Below the pieces are notes generated by a model. The model did not search any database. It was given only the letters and a program-made list of their open reading frames with translations, and was not told the origin of the DNA. A program made the position numbers and the translations under genes. Positions 1 to 13,045 of a DNA stretch of 64,000 bases are shown one piece after another (position 1 is the first letter of the stretch; each line of letters begins with the position of its first letter). This DNA is from Malacoraja senta. Its lineage: Eukaryota. The stretch spans positions 4,156,001 to 4,220,000 of the forward strand of contig CM075994.1 in the NCBI GenBank assembly GCA_038087875.1, read 5' to 3'.

Positions 1-714
1 GGTGCAGAATATAGTCTTGATCTCCAGACTACTACATGATACCTATTCAAAATCTAAAATCAGTATATCTTTGGTTACATCAACATCGCTTTTGCGAGCA
101 ATATTCGATAGAGCTACGTTGCTACGTAATTAAAAACATATTCGAACAATGATCAATCCACGGGTCGGCATTGTGCACCACCTCTGCCGATAGAAATGCG
201 GGCCCGTCAACACGATACGTGAACAAACCCAATACAATTTTCCAACTTTGGAACCAAAATCGCATCCATTTTAATTCGAAGATAAATCAATTGTTTTACT
301 TAAATTCAGAGAGGAGATAAATTGCTGAACCCACGTTATTCTGCTGTGAATTTTCTTGACATTGGCAGCTCGGAAGTTCTGAACCTGAGCCATCTTGTCC
401 CATGTTCCTCCGAGCAAAAGATACAAAAGCTTCCAACTTCTAAACGGGTGGATAGATATATATTTCAAATGTTCTAATTAATAACGGAAGGCTATAGATG
501 AATTCATGTTATTCAATTGATTGACCTTCGCCATTACTGTAATTAATATGGTTGCTCTTTCTGTCCTTCCTCGAAAATCAACGCGACTAAGAAACTGGTA
601 AGCGCACAGCAAATTGTGCCCTAAAAACGCATGATTTTTTTTAAAACATTTTTTTTATTTGAGTGTTGGTCTACTTCCCATGCATTTGGAATGGGAAGGA
701 TAGGATAGGGTTAG

Positions 715-1870
715 TCAGCATTGATTTGCATGTGGAAAATCAGATTCAGCAATTTAGAAGAGCTGAGCATTAGGATTGAACAAGTGAGCAGGGGTAGCAT
801 ATGATGGATTAGTCTGGAAGGCTCGATCATGTGGGCTCCAAGGCGGGAAATCTAACGGAATACAAAATTGACTTGAAGGGAGAAGACAAAGAATGGTGGT
901 AAACGGTTGCTTGACAAACTGGCGATCGACCCGTTACGACTGATGTGACACAAGATCGGTACTGAGTCCACTGTTGTTCGGTATTGACCGTGACATTTTG
1001 GAAGTGAATATCAGTATCATGGTTCGTGAGTTTCAATATTGCACGGACGTTGGTGCTATGATGGATACTGAAGAGGATTAAACTACGATTACAACGGGCT
1101 TTTCATCAACTGGGCCAAAGGGCCAACGAGTGGCAGATGGAATTTAATTCAGATGAATCGGAAGTGTTGGGTTTTGAAAAGACAAACTACTGCAGGACGC
1201 ACACGGCAAATAGAGACATGGAGTCATACAGACAAACAGCATGGATACAGGCCCTTCGGCCCTTATTCCCCACGCCGCCCAACAAGCCGCTCTACCCTTG
1301 TCCCAACTGACTGCGTTTGGCACATATCGCTCTAAACCTATCCTATTATTGTACCTGTCTAAATGTTTCTTAATCTCTGTGATAGTACCGGCCTCAATTA
1401 CGTCCACCTGCAGCTCGTTCCATACATCTACCATTCATTGTGTAAAATGATTGATCCTCGGGTTTCTACTAAATCTTTCCCCTCTCAACTTCAACATATG
1501 TCCTCTGGTGCTCGATTTCTTTACTATGTAAAAGACTGCATTCAATGCATCTGTTCCTCTCACGATCTTGTAGATCTCTATATAATTACCCTTTATCCTC
1601 CTGTGCTCTAAGCAATACAGATTGGATGTAGATGCAATGGTTCCTGAAGGTCGCAGCACAGATAGGCAGGGTATTTAGTATGGCAGCTGAGACGCCCTGT
1701 CACAACTGTTTAAAACGTTAAGGCCACGGTTGATATACTGCGTATAGTACAAGTCACCATCTTATGCGAAGGATGTAAATAAACTGGAAAAGATACAGAG
1801 TAGATTTATGGGAATGCTACCGTGTCTGGAGGTTTCAATTACAAGGAGAAGCTGGGTCGATTGGCATAAT
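715..1870 (+). mobile_element. Old, highly decayed CR1-type LINE RT fragment, interrupted by a younger antisense CR1 3' end
   Basis: Degenerate remnants of CR1 RT motifs (SQHGF-like at ~715, [12 protein letters not shown] at ~940-970, VRPxLEYC/IQSRF-like at ~1720-1810); no intact ORF. Confidence 0.55.
1212..1610 (-). mobile_element. CR1 LINE 3' end fragment
   Basis: Minus ORFs 1435-1659 and 1144-1434 give RRIKGNYIEIYKI...TRGHMLKLRGERF...WNELQ, the CR1 ORF2 C-terminus, plus 3' UTR ggccgaagggcc. Confidence 0.8.
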
Positions 1871-1956
1871 TTCCCAGGATGGTAAAAACCCATGGGCTGT
1901 AGTTAGAAATGGGTAGCGTGCTAATGCATTGCAATAACACAACTTCATTTTTGCAG

Positions 1957-1992
1957 AAATGGAAAAGCTTAGGAAAGCTGTTCGCGACATGG
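1957..1992 (+). CDS. Putative 36-nt phase 1-1 micro-exon (EMEKLRKAVRDM)
   Basis: acttcatttttgcag | AA ATG GAA AAG CTT AGG AAA GCT GTT CGC GAC ATG G | gtaagg; strong sites, open frame, amphipathic charged peptide. Confidence 0.7.
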
Positions 1993-2858
1993 GTAAGGCA
2001 GCATAAAATGGCATCACTTTTATAGTAAGTTTCAAAGCAGTCACAGCAACTATTGCAAGGAAGATAAATCGGATGAAGTGCTACCACATTGTACAAATTA
2101 ATTGCTACCACAAGATATTTAGGTTGAATTTTAGTTTTCGTGAATTAGATAACATTATTGACTTCTAAAATGACAACGTATCCACGTCACTTGCCTGTAT
2201 TTTAGTTTATTGTCAGAAGAAACGATTCATGCCGCTTGTTACCATATATTTCGTTGCCTTTCACTCTTTAACGTTTCAAATCATGTTGCCTGCACCCTAT
2301 GGATTGCTCTCATGTCTTCAGTATAAATACTACCGCGATCGAATTAGCCATTATATATTTCGATAGAAGAAAGATTAGTGTAAAGTTTTGTACATTCTGC
2401 ATGTGACTTGACGGTCAATCTCGCACGGCAGTATGAAATGGAACACGAATTTAAAGTCGGACGGGTTTGTGGAATTTGGCACCATGGGAAGTTCTAAGGC
2501 CAAATATCTGAAAATATTTCTGAAGAAGATAGATTGCCAGTCAAAAAGGTTTCGGGGGATATCGGCGATAGCGCTGACTTAAGTTAGGCGATCGGTAGAA
2601 ACTAAACGTCTTTGATTGCGGGACAGCTTGATGTTGAATAATGAATTTAACTAAGTATAAATGTACTAACAAAATTAGTTACCCTCTTCGATGTTCACGA
2701 CAGAGAGAAAACTACGTCAGAGAGAATCTGGTATTTCAAAAAATATTTCACTGCTTTGTACCACTTCATTTAAATGTAATAGTTTCAAATGTATATCATG
2801 TAGTAATGGGATTTTCCACATGGCATCAGTGCTTCTTTCCTAAATTCGACTGTTTCAG

Positions 2859-2885
2859 AACTAGAAGGAGAAGGTCAAAACAGCG
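2859..2885 (+). CDS. Putative 27-nt phase 1-1 micro-exon (ELEGEGQNS)
   Basis: ctgtttcag | AA CTA GAA GGA GAA GGT CAA AAC AGC G | gtgagt. Confidence 0.7.
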
Positions 2886-3447
2886 GTGAGTGGTTGCACA
2901 TTTTCCCGTAAATTGTGTTACATTATGTTGATATCGGTAAACATGGACTTGGATTTGCGTGATTGTTGCCGAGAAAACAAATAGCGGTGTAACTTCGGAA
3001 CTTTAAGAAGTAATTATCAACCTGATCCTAAATTCTTGTCACTGGACAGATTAATCTGCTTGCTATCACTATCAACAGATTATTTTATTGGCCTTTTCTC
3101 TTTCAAACAAGTCCTCCAAGCCTTCCATCTAGCGTTGGCATATGTCTGTCGATAGACATAGGATTTTCTAACAGCTCATTTGACCAAATTCAGCAGAATA
3201 GTTTCCAATAGATTTAAACTGCATCTTCAGAGTTGATTTTCCTTAATTATATATAAGGTGGCGTGGGATTCGATATCATATTTGATTTAATAGGAACAAT
3301 GTTGTTCAACTATCAGCGTACTCTTTCACTCGGTGTTGTGTTAATTGCGATGCTGATTTCCCCATAAGCACGTTATTGCATGAAATCTCCCGATCAATAT
3401 TTTGGCATTTCCTCGCTTTGAGACTATTTCAAATTCGCAACAAAAAT

Positions 3448-3740
3448 GGGTGGCGTAGCGGTTGAGTTGCTGCCTTACAACGCCAGAGACCCTTGTTCGA
3501 ATGTGACTACGGGTGTTGTCTCTACGGAGTTTGTTCGTTCTCGCTGTGAGCGCGTGGATTTTCTCCGGATGCTCCAGTTTCCTCCCTCATTCCAAAGTCG
3601 TGCAGGTTAGGAGCTTAATAAGCTTCCGTAATTTGCGAAGGGGAGATAACATAGTACTAGTGTACGTGTGATCTATGAATGGTGCGGACTCGGTGGGTGC
3701 GAATGCCCTTTTTTCACGCTGTACCTCAAAACAAAAACAT
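3448..3740 (+). mobile_element. tRNA-derived SINE, HE1/V-SINE-like
   Basis: A-box-like gtggcgtagcgg, B-box-like gttcgaat, V-domain-like ttctccggatgctccagtttcctccctcattccaaag, CR1-like 3' tail and A-rich end. Confidence 0.75.
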
Positions 3741-3978
3741 AAATTAAAAACACCAAATGAGGACTTCCTGATATTTTAAACCTTCATGTATTGCTTTCTG
3801 GTCAAATATGCGAGTCAGCTTTTATCATCATTCCGAAAATATTCATCAAGCAAATGATATATCAGAGTTATTATGATATGGCACTGAAAGCATTTGTTGC
3901 AATATTAACTATGAGGAAACGCAATCGAATTTAATGAATCAGAAATAGCCGTATTCAGGTCCTGGATTTTTTTTTCAG

Positions 3979-4014
3979 ATCTTAAGGAGATGGAAGACAT
4001 CCGCGAAGAACTAG
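3979..4014 (+). CDS. Putative 36-nt phase 1-1 micro-exon (DLKEMEDIREEL)
   Basis: ttttttttcag | AT CTT AAG GAG ATG GAA GAC ATC CGC GAA GAA CTA G | gttaat; donor weaker. Confidence 0.6.
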   Translation: MLRRWKTSAKN

Positions 4015-4485
4015 GTTAATTCTTAAATATAATTTACCAAATATTTATGTTTCATGCCACAAATAACGGCGGTGCTTATTGCGCATGGTGTCGGTTAATA
4101 TTGGTCTTACATTAGTTGAGAAGATGCGTTTCAAGTGAAGGAATTCACAAATTAAAATATAATTTCTAAATTATTTTATTTGCAAAGAAATATGACGAAA
4201 CCAATATTGACTGAATTATCCAAACAATTTGGTACAATGCGAATGTCAGCATACATCATTTAGTAAGGCACTGACAAAGCACAATTCACAATTGGATATT
4301 CATTTGTACAAAATATTCACATACTCAACTTGAAGTCGTTAGAAAGAAATGTCTATATTTCACTTCCAGTATCCTTCTCTCAAAATGTTATCTTTCACGC
4401 AGGGCTAATGCTCAACTCAAAGTTTGTGCATTCTAATAACTCACCAATCACTTTCAACAACTAGTTCCAATTAATCTCTATCCAG

Positions 4486-4542
4486 ACAATATCCGTATTC
4501 ATAGTTTTCGACATAACCTCATTTTTAGAAAAAGGCATAAAC
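4486..4542 (+). CDS. Weak candidate 57-nt phase 1-1 exon (DNIRIHSFRHNLIFRKRHK)
   Basis: atctctatccag acceptor, gtaagg donor, open frame; composition differs from neighbouring candidates. Confidence 0.25.
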
Positions 4543-4824
4543 GTAAGGGATAGAAGAAAACCAGATGTCGCCTAACAGCAATGATATGTTCTGAGGTAGA
4601 TTTGTTGGAGATGCAATGCGTGGCTTTTAAAGGCCAACGTGAAACTGATATCCCATTATTGACAGGCTATCGTCAACTGGAAGCTGACATTTCATGATAG
4701 CTTACGAGTTCTCAAAATCATCTTAACTTTTTATGGTTTCATAGTTTTATCGTGTGTAGGATCTCCTTCGCGAAGTTTACAGTAGGATTGCTCGTGCACT
4801 AGTAATCTCTTGGCTGATTCAAGT

Positions 4825-5150
4825 CAATAGACAATAGACAATAGACCATAGACAATAGGTGCAGGTTTAGGCCATTCGGTCTTTCGAGCAAGCACCGCCA
4901 TTCAATTTGATCATGGCTGATCATCCACAATCAGTACCCCGTTCCTGCTTTCTCCCCATATCCCTTGACTCCACTATATTTAAGAGCTCGATCCAACTCT
5001 CTCTTGAAAGCCTCCAAAAAATTGGCCTCCACTGCCTTCTGAGGCAGAGAATTCCACAGATTCACAGCTCTCTGTGTCAAAATGTTTTTCCTCATCTCCG
5101 TTCTAAATGGCATACCCCTTATTCTTAAACTGTGACTCCTTGTTCTGGAC
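4825..5150 (-). mobile_element. CR1 LINE 3' end
   Basis: Minus ORF ...[16 protein letters not shown]...GEKAGTGY and (caataga)n tail. Confidence 0.9.
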
Positions 5151-5443
5151 TCTTATAATTATTCCTTATAATAAACAGAGGGAACGCCATAACAACATGT
5201 ACGACTTGAGGAAAGCGATTCAAATGGGAGCCTCCGAAGAAACAGACGTATTACCAGATAAAGATATACGAGATTACCGTACGGAAGTCAAACATACAGG
5301 TCTTAGTTTCCACATTGAAGAAGTTCTTATAAAACCAAATTCAAATGATTTTTTGATCATTTTGCAAATAATTGGTTATTTCGTTCCTGTGCCTGTTCAA
5401 ATTGCAAAACCACGAGAATAATTAACATTTCATTTTTCATCAG

Positions 5444-5470
5444 AGGAAAAATTGCGTGAAAAGGAGTCAG
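5444..5470 (+). CDS. Putative 27-nt phase 1-1 micro-exon (EEKLREKES)
   Basis: tttcatttttcatcag | AG GAA AAA TTG CGT GAA AAG GAG TCA G | gtaacg. Confidence 0.7.
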
Positions 5471-5798
5471 GTAACGTACGTCATACTAGTTATATTATAT
5501 CCCCAATGATAGCTTATACATTCAGAAGGGCACGGAAATTATTTGTCGATTAAGAACTGTGTGCTGGCTTCCACACTCAATGATCTGCGAATGACGTGTA
5601 AGCTTTGTTGCAATTATAGATCTAAGCAGCGCTGCATTCTTTCTGGGGGAAGCAGCAAATGGTTTTAGGGAGAGCATAATGTATCATTTATTTCAATCAA
5701 ATTTACGAGATAACCGTTGATACTAGGATGTGTGAGTTCCAATACAGTTCATATTAGATTCACGAATATTAAACGGAACAATGATTGAAAACCGGTTG

Positions 5799-8120
5799 GA
5801 CAATAGACAATAGACAATAGGTGCAGGAGTAGGCCATTCGGCCCTTCGAGCCAGCACCGCCATTCAATGTGATCATGGCTGATCATCCCCAATCAGTACC
5901 CCGTTCCTGCCTTCTACACATATCCCCTGACTCCGCTATCTTTAAGAGCCCTATCCAGCTCTCTCTTGAAAGAATCCAGAGAACCGGCCTCCACCGCCCT
6001 CTGAGGCAGCGAATTCCACAGACTCACAACTCTCTGTGAGAAAAAGTGTTTCCCCGTCTCCGTTCTTAATGGCTTACTCCTTATTCTTAAACTGTGGCCC
6101 CTGGTTCTGGGCTCCCCCAACATCGGGAACCTGTTTCCTGCCTCTAGCGTGTCCAAACCCTTAACAATCTTATATGTTTCAATAAGATCCCCTCTTATCC
6201 TTCCAAACTCCACGGTGTACAAGCCCAGTCGCTCCATTCTCTCAGCATATGAAAGTCCCGCCATCCCGGGAATTAACCTTCTAAACCTACGCTGCACTCC
6301 CTCAATAGCAAGACTCTCCGTCCTCAAATTAGGGGACCAAAACTGCACACATTACTCCAGCTGTGGTCTCACTGGGGCTCTGTATAACTGCATAAGGACC
6401 TCTCTGCTCCTATACTCGATTCCTCTAGTTATAAAGGCCAACATGCCATTCACTTTCTTCACTGCCTGCTGCACCTGCATGCTTACTTTCATAGACTGAT
6501 GAACAAGGACCTCCAGATCCCGTTGTACTTCCTCTTTTCCCAACTAGACGCCATTTACATATTAATCTGCCTTCCTGTTTTTGATACCAAAGTGGATAAC
6601 CTCACATTTATTCACATTAAACTTCATCTGCCATGCATCTGCCCACTCCCCCAACATGAGCAAGTCACAATGCATTCTCATAGCATTCTCCTGACAGTTC
6701 ACACTGCCACCCAGCTTTGTGTCATCTGAAAATTTGCTAATGTTACTTTGAACCCCTTCATCCCAATCATTGATGTATATTGTAAATAGCTGCGGTCCCA
6801 TCACCGAGCCTTGCGGTACACCACTAGTCACTGCCTGCCATTCTGAAAGGGACCTGTTAATCCCCACTCTTTGTTTCCTGTCTGCCAACCAATTATCTAT
6901 CAATGTCAGCAATCTACCCCCAATACAATGTGCCCTAATTTTACCCACTAATCTCCTATGTGGGACCTTATCAAAAGTTTTCTGAAAGTCCAGGTACACT
7001 ACATCCACTGGCTCTACTTTGTCCATTTCTATAGTTACATACTCAAAATATTCCAGAAGATTAGTCAAGCATGATTTCCCCGTCGTAAATCCATGCTGAC
7101 TCGGACCGATCCTGATACTGCTATCCAAATGTGCGGCTATTTCATCTTTTATAATTGACTCTAGCATCTTCCCTACCAACGATGTCAGGCTAACTGGTCT
7201 ATAATTCCATGTTTTCTCTCTCCCGCCTTTCTTAAAAAGTGGGATACCATTAGCTACTCTCCAATCCACAGGAACTGATCCTGAGTCTATAGAACATTGG
7301 GAAATTATCACCAATGCATCCACGATTTCTAGAGCCACTTCCTTACCCTGGGATGCAGACCATCAGGCCCTGGGGATTTATCAGCCTTCAGTCGCATCAG
7401 TCTACCGAACACCATTTCCTGCCTAATGTGAATTTCCTTCAGTTCCTCCGTCACCCATGATCCTCTGGCCACTACTATATCAGGAAGATTGTTTGTGTCC
7501 TCCTTAATGAAGACGGATCCAAAGTACCTGTTCAACACATCTGCCATTTCCTTGTTCCCCATAATAAATTCACCACTTTCAGTCTTCAAGGGTCCAACTT
7601 TGGTCTTAAATATTGTTTTCCTCTTCACATACCTAAAGAAGCTTTTACTATCCTCCTTTATATTCTTGGCTAGCTTACCTTCGTACCTCATCTTTTCTCT
7701 CCGTATTGTCTTTTTAGTTATCTTCTGTTGCTCTTTAAACAATACCCAATCCTCTTGCTTCCCGCTCATCTTTGCTCCGTTGTACTTCTTCTCTTTCATT
7801 TTTATACTGTGCCTGACGTCCCTTGTCAGCCACGGTTGCCCCTTACTCCCCTTGGAATCTTTCTTCCTCCTAGGAATGAACTGATCCTGCACCTTCTGTA
7901 TTATTCCTAGAAATACCTGCCATTGTTGTTCCACTGTCATCCCTCTACCTTTCCAGTCAACTTTGGCCAGCTCCTCCCTCAGGGCCCCATAGTCCCCTTT
8001 ATTCAACAGTAACAGTGACACCTCCGATCTACCCTTCCCCCTCTCCAATTGTAGATTAAACCTGACCACATTATGGTCACTACCTCCTAATGGCTCATTA
8101 ACCTCGTTCCTTTATCAAAT
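5799..8120 (-). mobile_element. 5'-truncated CR1 LINE, disrupted ORF2 (RT)
   Basis: ORFs 7329-8069, 6562-7338, 6352-6543 and 5914-6348 with [30 protein letters not shown]; (caataga)n tail. Confidence 0.95.
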
Positions 8121-8414
8121 CCGGCGGAAATAGAAGAGAAATACAGAAATACAGAAAAAATATTTTCCATCTGGTAAACCTATTTGAAATCCGAAATCTT
8201 ATATTTGCAAAATTGCTTGCTCCGTGGGAAGTGTTCAGATAGTTACAGCTAAGGAATATATTGCTGTTCAAATCAAACTGCATATGAAAACACAATCCTG
8301 GTAATCATACCATTGCATGACTACGTCAGGTAGTGCCACAGTGTCATACAGCACAGAAACGGGTCCTATGGCCGAACTAGTCCATCTAAGATACACTTAG
8401 GTACCTAATCTAAG

Positions 8415-8628
8415 CAACAACAAAAAAGACTGTACAGCATAGTTTTACAGTTACAGAGAACCTGCGGGTATCACAAAGTGCAGGAGCTGCAATGAGGTGC
8501 ATGGGAAGGTCGGGAATTCATCCATAACACATCCTTAGACTTCAAGTGTCTGCTAACAGCGGAGAAGAGGCTGTTCCTGTATCTAGTGCTATGTGCTTTC
8601 AAGCTTTGGTATCTACTGCCCGAGGGAA
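8415..8628 (-). mobile_element. Rex/Babar-like LINE 3' fragment
   Basis: Minus frame [22 protein letters not shown], similar to the C-terminus of the element at 43666-44262. Confidence 0.55.
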
Positions 8629-8629
8629 G

Positions 8630-9693
8630 TTTCAATCTTTCCTCATATGACAGTCCCGCCATCCCAGGGATCAATTTCGTGAACCTACGCTGCACTGCCT
8701 GAATCTCAAGGAAGTCCTTCCTCAAATTAGGAGACCAAAACTGTACGCAATATTCCAGATGTGGTCTTACCAGAGCCCTATACAACTGCAAAGAACCTCT
8801 CTACTCCTATACTGAAATCCTCTTGTCGTGAAGGCCAACATTTCATTAGCTTTCTTCACTGCCCGCTGTACCTGCACGCCAACTTTCAGTGAACGGTGTA
8901 CAAGGACACCCAGGTCTCGCTGTACCTCACCCTTACCTAACCTAACCCCATTGAGATAATAATCTGCCCCCTTGTTTTTGCCAACAAAGTGGATAATCTC
9001 ACATTTACCTATATTATACTGCATCTGCCACGCATCTGCCCACTAACTCAACCTGTCCAGGTCATCCTGCAACCTCCGAACACCCTCTTCACAGTTCACA
9101 CTGCCACCCAGCTTCGTGTCATCCGCAAACTTGCTAGTGCTGCTCCTAATTCCCTCTTCCAAATCATTTATATATATGGTAAACAGTTCCGGCCCCAACA
9201 CCGACCCTTGCGGCACTCCACTCGCCACTGCCTGCCATTCTGAAAAGGACCCGTTCACTCCTACTCTTTGCTTCCTGTCTGCCAACCAATTTTCTATCCA
9301 CGTCAACACCCTACCACCAATACCATGTGCTCTAATTTTAGTCACCAGTCTCCCGTGCGGGACCTTATCAAAGGCTTTCTGAAAGTTTAGATACACTACA
9401 TCCACTGGCTCCCCTTCATCCATTTTACTTGTCACATCCTCAAAAAATTCCAGAAGATTAGTCAAGCATGATTTTTCTTTCATAAATCCATGCTGACTTG
9501 GACTAATCCTTTTACTGCTATCCAAATACCACATTATTACCTCTTTAATAATTAACTCTAGCATTTTCCCACCACCGAAGTCAGGCTAACTGGTCTGTAA
9601 TTCCCCGTTTACTCTCTCGCTCCTTTCTTGAAAAATGGGATAACTTTAGCTATCCTCCAATCCACAGGAACTGATCCTGAATCTATTGAACAT
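8630..9693 (-). mobile_element. Internal CR1 RT fragment
   Basis: ORFs 9043-9564, 8767-9024 and 8471-8791 with [30 protein letters not shown]. Confidence 0.95.
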
Positions 9694-9790
9694 CTGAAGG
9701 AGGGTTTCGGCCCGAAACGTTGCCTATCTCCTTCGCTCCATAGATGCTGCTGCACCCGCTGAATTCCTCCAGCTTTTTGTGTACCTTCTA
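9694..9790 (+). mobile_element. Penelope-derived short repeat with hammerhead-like core
   Basis: ctgaaggagggtttcggcccgaaacg core; 15-bp direct repeat tctattgaacatctg at 9682-9696 and 9787-9801. Confidence 0.6.
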
Positions 9791-10414
9791 TTGAACATCT
9801 GTTATCTGTTTAACGTACCAACTGCTACAAATGTTATTACATTTAATGCCGAGAAATAAATGTTGAGAAATGTGAAGTGTTACATTTTGGTAGGAAAAAC
9901 ATTAAAGACTCTTGAAATCGAGCGCACAATACCGAAGAAAACGGAAAACCAACGGTTTATGGGCATTTTCCTCTGAGAATCAATGACAGACTGAGAATGA
10001 CATTACAATGGTTGTAAGAAGACTGAGTACAATGCTAGCTTTGTACCAGTAGAGCAATTTGTTAAAAAGGAACAACCACAACAGATGGGATTTCGCTCGC
10101 TTCTGGGCGCATGTCTGAATAAAGACATACAGACTTGGAAAGAATGCCGATTCCTCTAAATAATGATATTGACGAGTGAACCTTGTTATGTGGATAGACT
10201 GGATAGTTGGAACTCAATGTAACAAACAACGTGAATAGATCGGGAAAGTTATTTAAACTTCTCAAGGAGATGGGCGTAGTTAGAATGATACTCTTTTTTG
10301 ACTGAGGAATGAATGATTGTCAAATATACCAAACGCGATACCCCCCAAATACACTGTGATTTACTGGTCTTTGGAAATAACTTTTAGAAGTGCGGCTACG
10401 AATAACTTCAAATT

Positions 10415-12515
10415 TCAGGGCATAACCCGGAAGACACAGGATCATTTCATTCCAAAAAGGAAGAAAGATTCTAAGGGGAGTAGGAGGCAACCGTGGCTGA
10501 CAAGAGAAGTTAGGGATAGAATAAAATAAAAATAAAAGATGTATAACACAGCAAAGAGTAGCCGAAAGCCAGTGGATTGGGAAACCTTCATAGGACAACA
10601 GAAGGAAACAAAACGGGCAATACGGGCTGAAAAGATGAAGTATGAAGGGAAGCTGGCCAGGAATATAAAGAAGGACAGGAAAAGCTTCTTTAGATATGTT
10701 AATGGGAAAAGAGTAGCAAAATCAAATGTGGGTCCCTTGAAGGCAGACACGGGTGAAATTATTATGGGCAACAAGGAAATGGCAGAAGAGTTGAATATGT
10801 ACTTCGGATCTGTCTTCACTAAGGAAGACACAAACAATCTCCCAGATGTACTGGAGGACAGAGGATCCAAGGGGGTAGAGGAACTGAAAGAAATTTTCAT
10901 TAGGCGGGAAATAGTATTAGGTAGGCTAATGGGACTGAAGGACGATAAATCCCCTGGGCCTGATGGTCTGCATCCCAGGGTCCACAGGGAGGTGGCTTTA
11001 GAAATAGTGGACGCATTGGTGATTATTTTCCAATGTTCAATAGATTCAGGATCAGTTCATGTGGGTTGGAGGATAGCTAATGTTATCCCACTTTTCAAGA
11101 AAGGAGCGAGAGAGAGAAAACGGGGAATTACAGACCAGTTAGCCTGACTTCGGTGGTGGGAAAGATGCTGGAGTCAATTATTAAAGAGGTAATAATGGTG
11201 CATTTGAGTAGCAGTAAAAGGATTAGTCCAAGTCAAGATGGATTTATGAAAGGGAACTCATGCTTGACTAATCGTCTGGAATTTTTTGAGGATGTGACAA
11301 TAAAATGGATGAAAGGATGCCAGTGGATGTAGTGTATCTAGACTTTCAGAAAGCCTTTGATAAGGTCCCGCACGGGAGACTGGTGACTAAAATTAGAGCA
11401 CATGGTATTGGATAGAAAATTGGTTGGCAGACCGGAAGCAAAGTGTAGGAGTGAACGGGTCCTTTTCAGAATGGCAGGCAGTGGCGAGTGGAGTGCCGCA
11501 AGGCTCGCTGTTGGGGCCGCAACGGTTTACCATATATATTAATGATTTGGAAGAGGGAATTAGGAGCAACACTAGCAAGTTTGCGGATAACACCGTGCGG
11601 CGTTGTGAACTGTGAAGAGGATGTTAGGAGGTTGCAGGGTGACCTGGATAGGTTGCGTGAGTGTGCAGATGCGTGGCAGATGCAGTATAATATAGATAAA
11701 TGTGAGGTTATCCACTTTGGCGGCAAAAACAAGGGGGCAGATTATTATCTCAATGGGGTTAGGTTAGGTAAGGGGGAGGTACAGCGAGACCTGGGTGTCC
11801 TTGTACACCGGTCACTGAAAGTTGGCGTGCAGGTACATCAGGCAGTGAAGAAAGCTAATGGAATGTTGGCCTTCATAACAAGAGGGTTTCTGTATAGGAG
11901 TAAAGAGGTTCTTCTGCAGTTGTATAGGGCTCTGGTGAGACCACATCTGGAGTATTGTGTACAGTTTTTGTCTCCTAATTTGATGAAGGACATCCTTGTG
12001 ATTGAGGCAGTGCAGCGTATGTTCACGAGATTGATCCCTGGGATGGCGGGACTGTCATATGAGGAAAGATTGAAAAGACTAGGTTTGTTTTCACTGGAGT
12101 TTAGAAGGATGAGGGGAGGGTCATAGAAACATATAAAATTATAAAAGGACTGGACAAGCTAGATGCAGGAAAAATGTTCCCAATGTTGGGTGAGGCCAGA
12201 ACCAGGGCAACAGTCTTAGAATATAGAAGGGGAGGTAATTTAAGACTGAGGTGAGAAAAAACGTTTTCACCCAGAGAGTTGTGAATTTATGGAATTCCCT
12301 GCCACAGAGGGCAGTGGAGGCCAAGTCACTGGATGGATTTAAGAGAGAGTTAGATAGTGCTCTGGGGGCTAGTGGAGTCAAGGGATATGGGGAGAAGGCA
12401 GGCACGGGTTATTGATAGGGGACGATCAGCCATGATCACAAAGAATGGCGGTGCTGGCTCGAAGGGCCGAATGGCCTCCTCCTGCACCTATTTCTATGTT
12501 TCTATATGTCTATGT
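10415..12515 (+). mobile_element. 5'-truncated CR1 LINE, disrupted ORF2
   Basis: ORFs 10539-11147, 11424-11615 and 11488-12126 with CR1 RT motifs; (tttctatg)n tail. Confidence 0.95.
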
Positions 12516-12820
12516 TAAATGCAGCGCTGAAAAAGAAGCTGGATAGTCACCTCTTAGTACATCGTTCTCTGGGTAACGGAAAAACGGCGACTGAATGGAA
12601 CTAGCTGTATATTACTAGCGTCGAGATGGTACGAACTCAACAATCCAAATAGCATCCTATTATGCTGTGACCCTTCTATGCTTCTCTACAATCTCCTTGC
12701 ATGTAAAAACTGATCAATTATTAAACGTTTTACGTTCTGTCTTACACAAAGAAAAAAAACATATCACAATTATATGAAAAATCTCTCGATGTCATTCATC
12801 TCGGGCGTATTTATCTTTAG

Positions 12821-12847
12821 AGCTGAATTATCTTCGTGAAATTTGCA
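12821..12847 (+). CDS. Putative 27-nt phase 1-1 micro-exon (ELNYLREIC)
   Basis: atttatctttag | AG CTG AAT TAT CTT CGT GAA ATT TGC A | gtaagt (consensus donor). Confidence 0.7.
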
Positions 12848-13010
12848 GTAAGTATCAAGTCGTGTTTACTGATTACGTGTTTACATGTTGGAGAACGTAA
12901 TGTTGCAATGTTAGCATTCGCGTGTCACATATGTCAGTACTAATTTTAGGAAAACACTACGATACGATTAGAAAGATAAAACGTTCGGCGCTTTTGTTTT
13001 TACTTTTCAG

Positions 13011-13045
13011 TTGAAGTGCAAGGCCGACAACGAAATCTCTCTTAG
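13011..13045 (+). CDS. Candidate 35-nt exon ending in an in-frame stop (IEVQGRQRNLS*)
   Basis: Very strong acceptor cttttgtttttacttttcag; TAG immediately before gtacaa; length not a multiple of 3. Confidence 0.3.

Noticed and set aside
310..447. 138-nt open segment cag|AGAGGA...CGG|gtggat
   Set aside because: Phase 0-0 does not fit the phase-1 chain, donor is weak, no recognisable homology
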